From positions 1,344,001 to 1,408,000 of the forward strand of contig CAWIIB010000001.1 of assembly GCA_963836075.1 (NCBI GenBank): a stretch of 64,000 nucleotides of DNA, given 5' to 3'. The notes below the pieces were generated by a model. That model ran no database searches, was not told the origin of the DNA, and worked only from the letters and a program-made list of their open reading frames with translations. Both the position numbers and the translations under genes were made by a program. Below are positions 61,097 to 64,000 of the stretch, piece by piece (the stretch's first letter is position 1; each line of letters begins with the position of its first letter). Source of the DNA: an uncultured Acidobacteriota bacterium. Its GTDB lineage: Bacteria; Acidobacteriota; JAQAZP01.

Positions 61097-62815
61097 ATGG
61101 CGCAAACTCTGGATCGCAGCGACCTCGAGCAACTTCTGCGCCGCATCGACGGCCGGGGCTACCGGGCCTACAAGGACCTGGAAGGGAGCTGGCTGCTCAC
61201 CCCGGGCCTGCTGCTGCACATCGACCACGTGCAGGGGGATCCCTTTGCCGCCCCGTCACGTCTGCGCCTGGAACTCCCCCAGACCCGCGCCCTGTTTCCT
61301 GAACAGCTGTACGGACATCCGGACCGGCGCCGGGGGCTGGAGGATTTTGTCGGAAGGGCCGCCTCGGCTGCCGCCGGGCGTGTCCGTTCCGGGCAGGGCA
61401 GCGGCAGGAGCGGACGGGTGGAAGTGGATTGCGGCGGACAGGAGATCCTTTGGCGCAGCACGGTGAACATCGATGCACAACGGGTGGAACTGCGGTTCAC
61501 CGCTGGCCTGCCGGCCGCCGGCCGCCGGATTCTGGGCCGCCAGGCCGCGGAACTGCTGCTTGATGAACTGCCGCTGCTGGCCGACCGTGCCCTGCATCTG
61601 GAAGCTCTGGACCTTACGGTGCTGGAGGCGCACTGCCGGGCCGCTGAGGACCAGCAGGCGCTGCGGCGGCAGCTGGACCGGATGGGCCTGGTGGCCTTTG
61701 TGGCCGACGGGTCGACGCTGCCCCGGCACAGCGGTGTGGACGACCGGCCGCTGGACCATGAGGTGGTCCCCCTGGCCAGCCCCGGCAGCCTGCAGGTGGA
61801 GCTGGACCTGCCCCACGCCGGCCGGGTCAGCGGCATGGGTATCCCGGCCGGGGTTACTCTCATCGTGGGGGGCGGCTTCCACGGCAAGTCCACCCTGCTC
61901 CAGGCACTGGAACGATCGGTCTACGACCACCTGCCGGGCGACGGCCGAGAGCTCTGCGCCACCATCCCCTCGGCGGTGAAGATCCGCGCCGAGGACGGCC
62001 GGCGCATCGAACGGGTCAACATTTCACCGTTTATCGGCAGGCTGCCCCTGGGCCGCGACACCGCCGCCTTTTCCACCGACAACGCCAGCGGCTCCACCTC
62101 CCAGGCGGCCAACATCATCGAAGCGCTGGAGATGGGCGCCCGGCTGCTGCTGCTGGACGAGGACACCTGTGCCACCAACTTCATGATCCGCGACGAGCGG
62201 ATGCAGGCGCTGGTAGCCCGGGAGAAGGAGCCGATCACCCCCTTCCTGGACAAGGTGCGCCAGCTCTACGAGCAGCTGCGTGTCTCCACCATCCTGGTGA
62301 TGGGCGGTTCCGGCGACTACTTCGAGGCGGCGGACCTGGTGCTGATGATGGACGGCTACATTCCCCGCGACGTCACTGCCGGGGCCCGGGCGGTGGCCGA
62401 GCAATTCGGCCGGCGCCGGCGGCACGAGGGGGGTGAGCGGTTTGGCACCGCCACCCCGCGGCGCCCCGACCGGGGGAGCTTCGACGCCGCCCGGGGCCGG
62501 CGGGCGGTGAAGATCGACGTCAAGGGGCTGCGCACCGTTCTCTACGGCACCACCCGGATGGACCTGACCTGCCTCGAGCAGCTGGTGGACCCGGCCCAGA
62601 CCCGGGCGCTGGCCAGAATCATCCATCTCTATGAAACGCGATACTGTGGCCGGGGAGAGAGTATCGGGGAGGAGCTGGAAACGCTCTTTGCCGACCTGGA
62701 GCGGGAGGGGTTCAACCTGATCTCGCCGCGGATGGAAGGAGGCCTGGCCCTGCCCCGGATCCAGGAGGTGATGATGGCCATCAACCGGATGCGGAGCCTG
62801 AAGGTCCTGACGTGA
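61097..62815 (+). CDS. ABC-ATPase domain protein (predicted ATPase of the ABC class)
   Basis: IDGRGY.AYK, HVQGDPFAAPS, GGGFHGKST, ASGSTSQA, LLDEDTCATNFM. Confidence 0.88.
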   Translation: MAQTLDRSDLEQLLRRIDGRGYRAYKDLEGSWLLTPGLLLHIDHVQGDPFAAPSRLRLELPQTRALFPEQLYGHPDRRRGLEDFVGRAASAAAGRVRSGQGSGRSGRVEVDCGGQEILWRSTVNIDAQRVELRFTAGLPAAGRRILGRQAAELLLDELPLLADRALHLEALDLTVLEAHCRAAEDQQALRRQLDRMGLVAFVADGSTLPRHSGVDDRPLDHEVVPLASPGSLQVELDLPHAGRVSGMGIPAGVTLIVGGGFHGKSTLLQALERSVYDHLPGDGRELCATIPSAVKIRAEDGRRIERVNISPFIGRLPLGRDTAAFSTDNASGSTSQAANIIEALEMGARLLLLDEDTCATNFMIRDERMQALVAREKEPITPFLDKVRQLYEQLRVSTILVMGGSGDYFEAADLVLMMDGYIPRDVTAGARAVAEQFGRRRRHEGGERFGTATPRRPDRGSFDAARGRRAVKIDVKGLRTVLYGTTRMDLTCLEQLVDPAQTRALARIIHLYETRYCGRGESIGEELETLFADLEREGFNLISPRMEGGLALPRIQEVMMAINRMRSLKVLT

Positions 62816-64000
62816 CCGAGACCCAGACCGGGCTGCTCCAGGCCTGCTCGCCGTCCACCAGCGTCACGCGTAGGTAGTAGTAGTCGCCGTCCTGTGCCGG
62901 GGTCTCGTCCACCGCGGCGAAGCGCCTGAGCAGTTCACCTTCGCCCCGCTCGGCATACATCACCTGGTTGTTCTTCAGGACCTCAACACTCTCCACACCA
63001 GCGGTGCCCACGGCCAGGCCCATGATCAGCCGCGGCTCGCCGGGGTCGCTCACTTCGATCTCGCCGCCCATCATCTGGCCGTTGACCAGGAAGTTGACCA
63101 CGATCCGCTGGCCGGCGGTGGCAAAGACCCTCCGGGAGTGCAGCGCCTCCCAGATCTCCTCGCGGGTCAGCCCGGTGGCATAGATTCCTGCCAGGCCGTG
63201 AGTGGCCGCCGACACGTCCCGGGTGCCGGGATGGCTGTTGTGACTGTCTCCGGAGCCGATCATGCCCAGGCGGTAGCCGCGGGCCAGGGCGTCCTGGGCA
63301 AAGGCGCCTTCCACCGGGCGGTAAACCGAACGGGGCCCGCCGTAATATTCGGAGATGCCGTGGATCGAGGCTATCTCCACCAGTCGCTCCAACTCCGGGT
63401 CGTGGTGGTTCCAGTCGCAGGGGATGGGTCCGCCGCCCACGTGGTGGCTGAGGGTCATGGCCGTTTTGCCGCGAAGGTGGCCCCACAGTTCCTCCGGCTC
63501 GTCGCTGTCCGGGTCGCGGAAACTGAAGATGGCCGCTTCTTCGGGGTGGCGGAAGAGCACGTGCTTGTGGCCGTAGGTCCAGCTGGTCCACTCGTAGCCC
63601 GGAAAGGTGATGAAGCGGCCCGGCTGGTTGAACGACTCGGTGGTCCGCCTGATCTGTTCGAAGAGCGCCGGGGTGGTGTCCAGGGGCAGGATGCCGTGAC
63701 CGTCGTGGTCGGTGAGCACCGAGACGTGGAGGCCGGCCACGTCGCGGGCGTAAGCGTAGTAGTCATCCGGCGAGCCGGAACCGTCGCTGAAGCGGGAGTG
63801 GCCATGAAGGTCGCCCCAGTAGAGGTGGTATTCGTTGAGCATCCCGCCGCAAAAGATGGTGTTGCTCCGCCCCTCGCCCAGCCGGCCGTCCGGGTCCCGG
63901 GCGGTCACCTGGTAGAGCCCCTCCTCCACCGCCCGGAGGGTGAAGGCCCGCGCCCCGGCCTCGTCAGCGGTATACGGGCCCTCGGGGCCGGCCACCAGTT
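62781..64000 (-). CDS. PHP-type metallohydrolase (DUF3604 / CehA-McbA-like), 5' end outside the window
   Basis: WGDLHGHSRFSDG, LTDH, GYEWT, GHKHV, GSGDSH, DYYYLRV, WSSPVW. Confidence 0.8.
   Translation of the reverse strand, partial: LVAGPEGPYTADEAGARAFTLRAVEEGLYQVTARDPDGRLGEGRSNTIFCGGMLNEYHLYWGDLHGHSRFSDGSGSPDDYYAYARDVAGLHVSVLTDHDGHGILPLDTTPALFEQIRRTTESFNQPGRFITFPGYEWTSWTYGHKHVLFRHPEEAAIFSFRDPDSDEPEELWGHLRGKTAMTLSHHVGGGPIPCDWNHHDPELERLVEIASIHGISEYYGGPRSVYRPVEGAFAQDALARGYRLGMIGSGDSHNSHPGTRDVSAATHGLAGIYATGLTREEIWEALHSRRVFATAGQRIVVNFLVNGQMMGGEIEVSDPGEPRLIMGLAVGTAGVESVEVLKNNQVMYAERGEGELLRRFAAVDETPAQDGDYYYLRVTLVDGEQAWSSPVWVSVTSGPSGSASG

Overview
GC-rich bacterial chromosomal window (Gram-negative envelope features; no taxonomic marker identified). 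Left to right: three tandem secreted paralogues (beta-helix + BACON-like Ig + FG-GAP-type repeats, the first cut by the window edge); a split SOS mutagenesis cassette (lexA, DinB/ImuB-like Y-family polymerase, dnaE2) interrupted by a DUF1579 gene and an OprC-like TonB copper receptor, where lexA and dnaE2 share a near-identical sigma70 promoter carrying paired TTTCG-N6-TTTCG boxes; five GT-C-type membrane glycosyltransferase-like genes, two of them in an operon with DUF362, radical SAM and alkaline-phosphatase-superfamily genes that lies behind a tiny PEP-CTERM-like gene; prpD, signalling genes, nfeD with a truncated SPFH gene, leuS, a frameshifted DEAD-box helicase; a sigma54 activator / sigma54 promoter / VIT-vWA GlyGly-CTERM protein / rhombosortase module; an ELWxxDGT protein, Wzx flippase, folE, DUF1015, thioesterase, Rrf2, rseP, MauE + rhodanese, ABC-ATPase-domain protein and a truncated PHP-type hydrolase. 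Six single-base insertions between 46.4 and 51.9 kb look like sequencing errors. No rRNA, tRNA, CRISPR array or mobile-element gene was seen. All family calls come from motif recognition by eye, not database searches.
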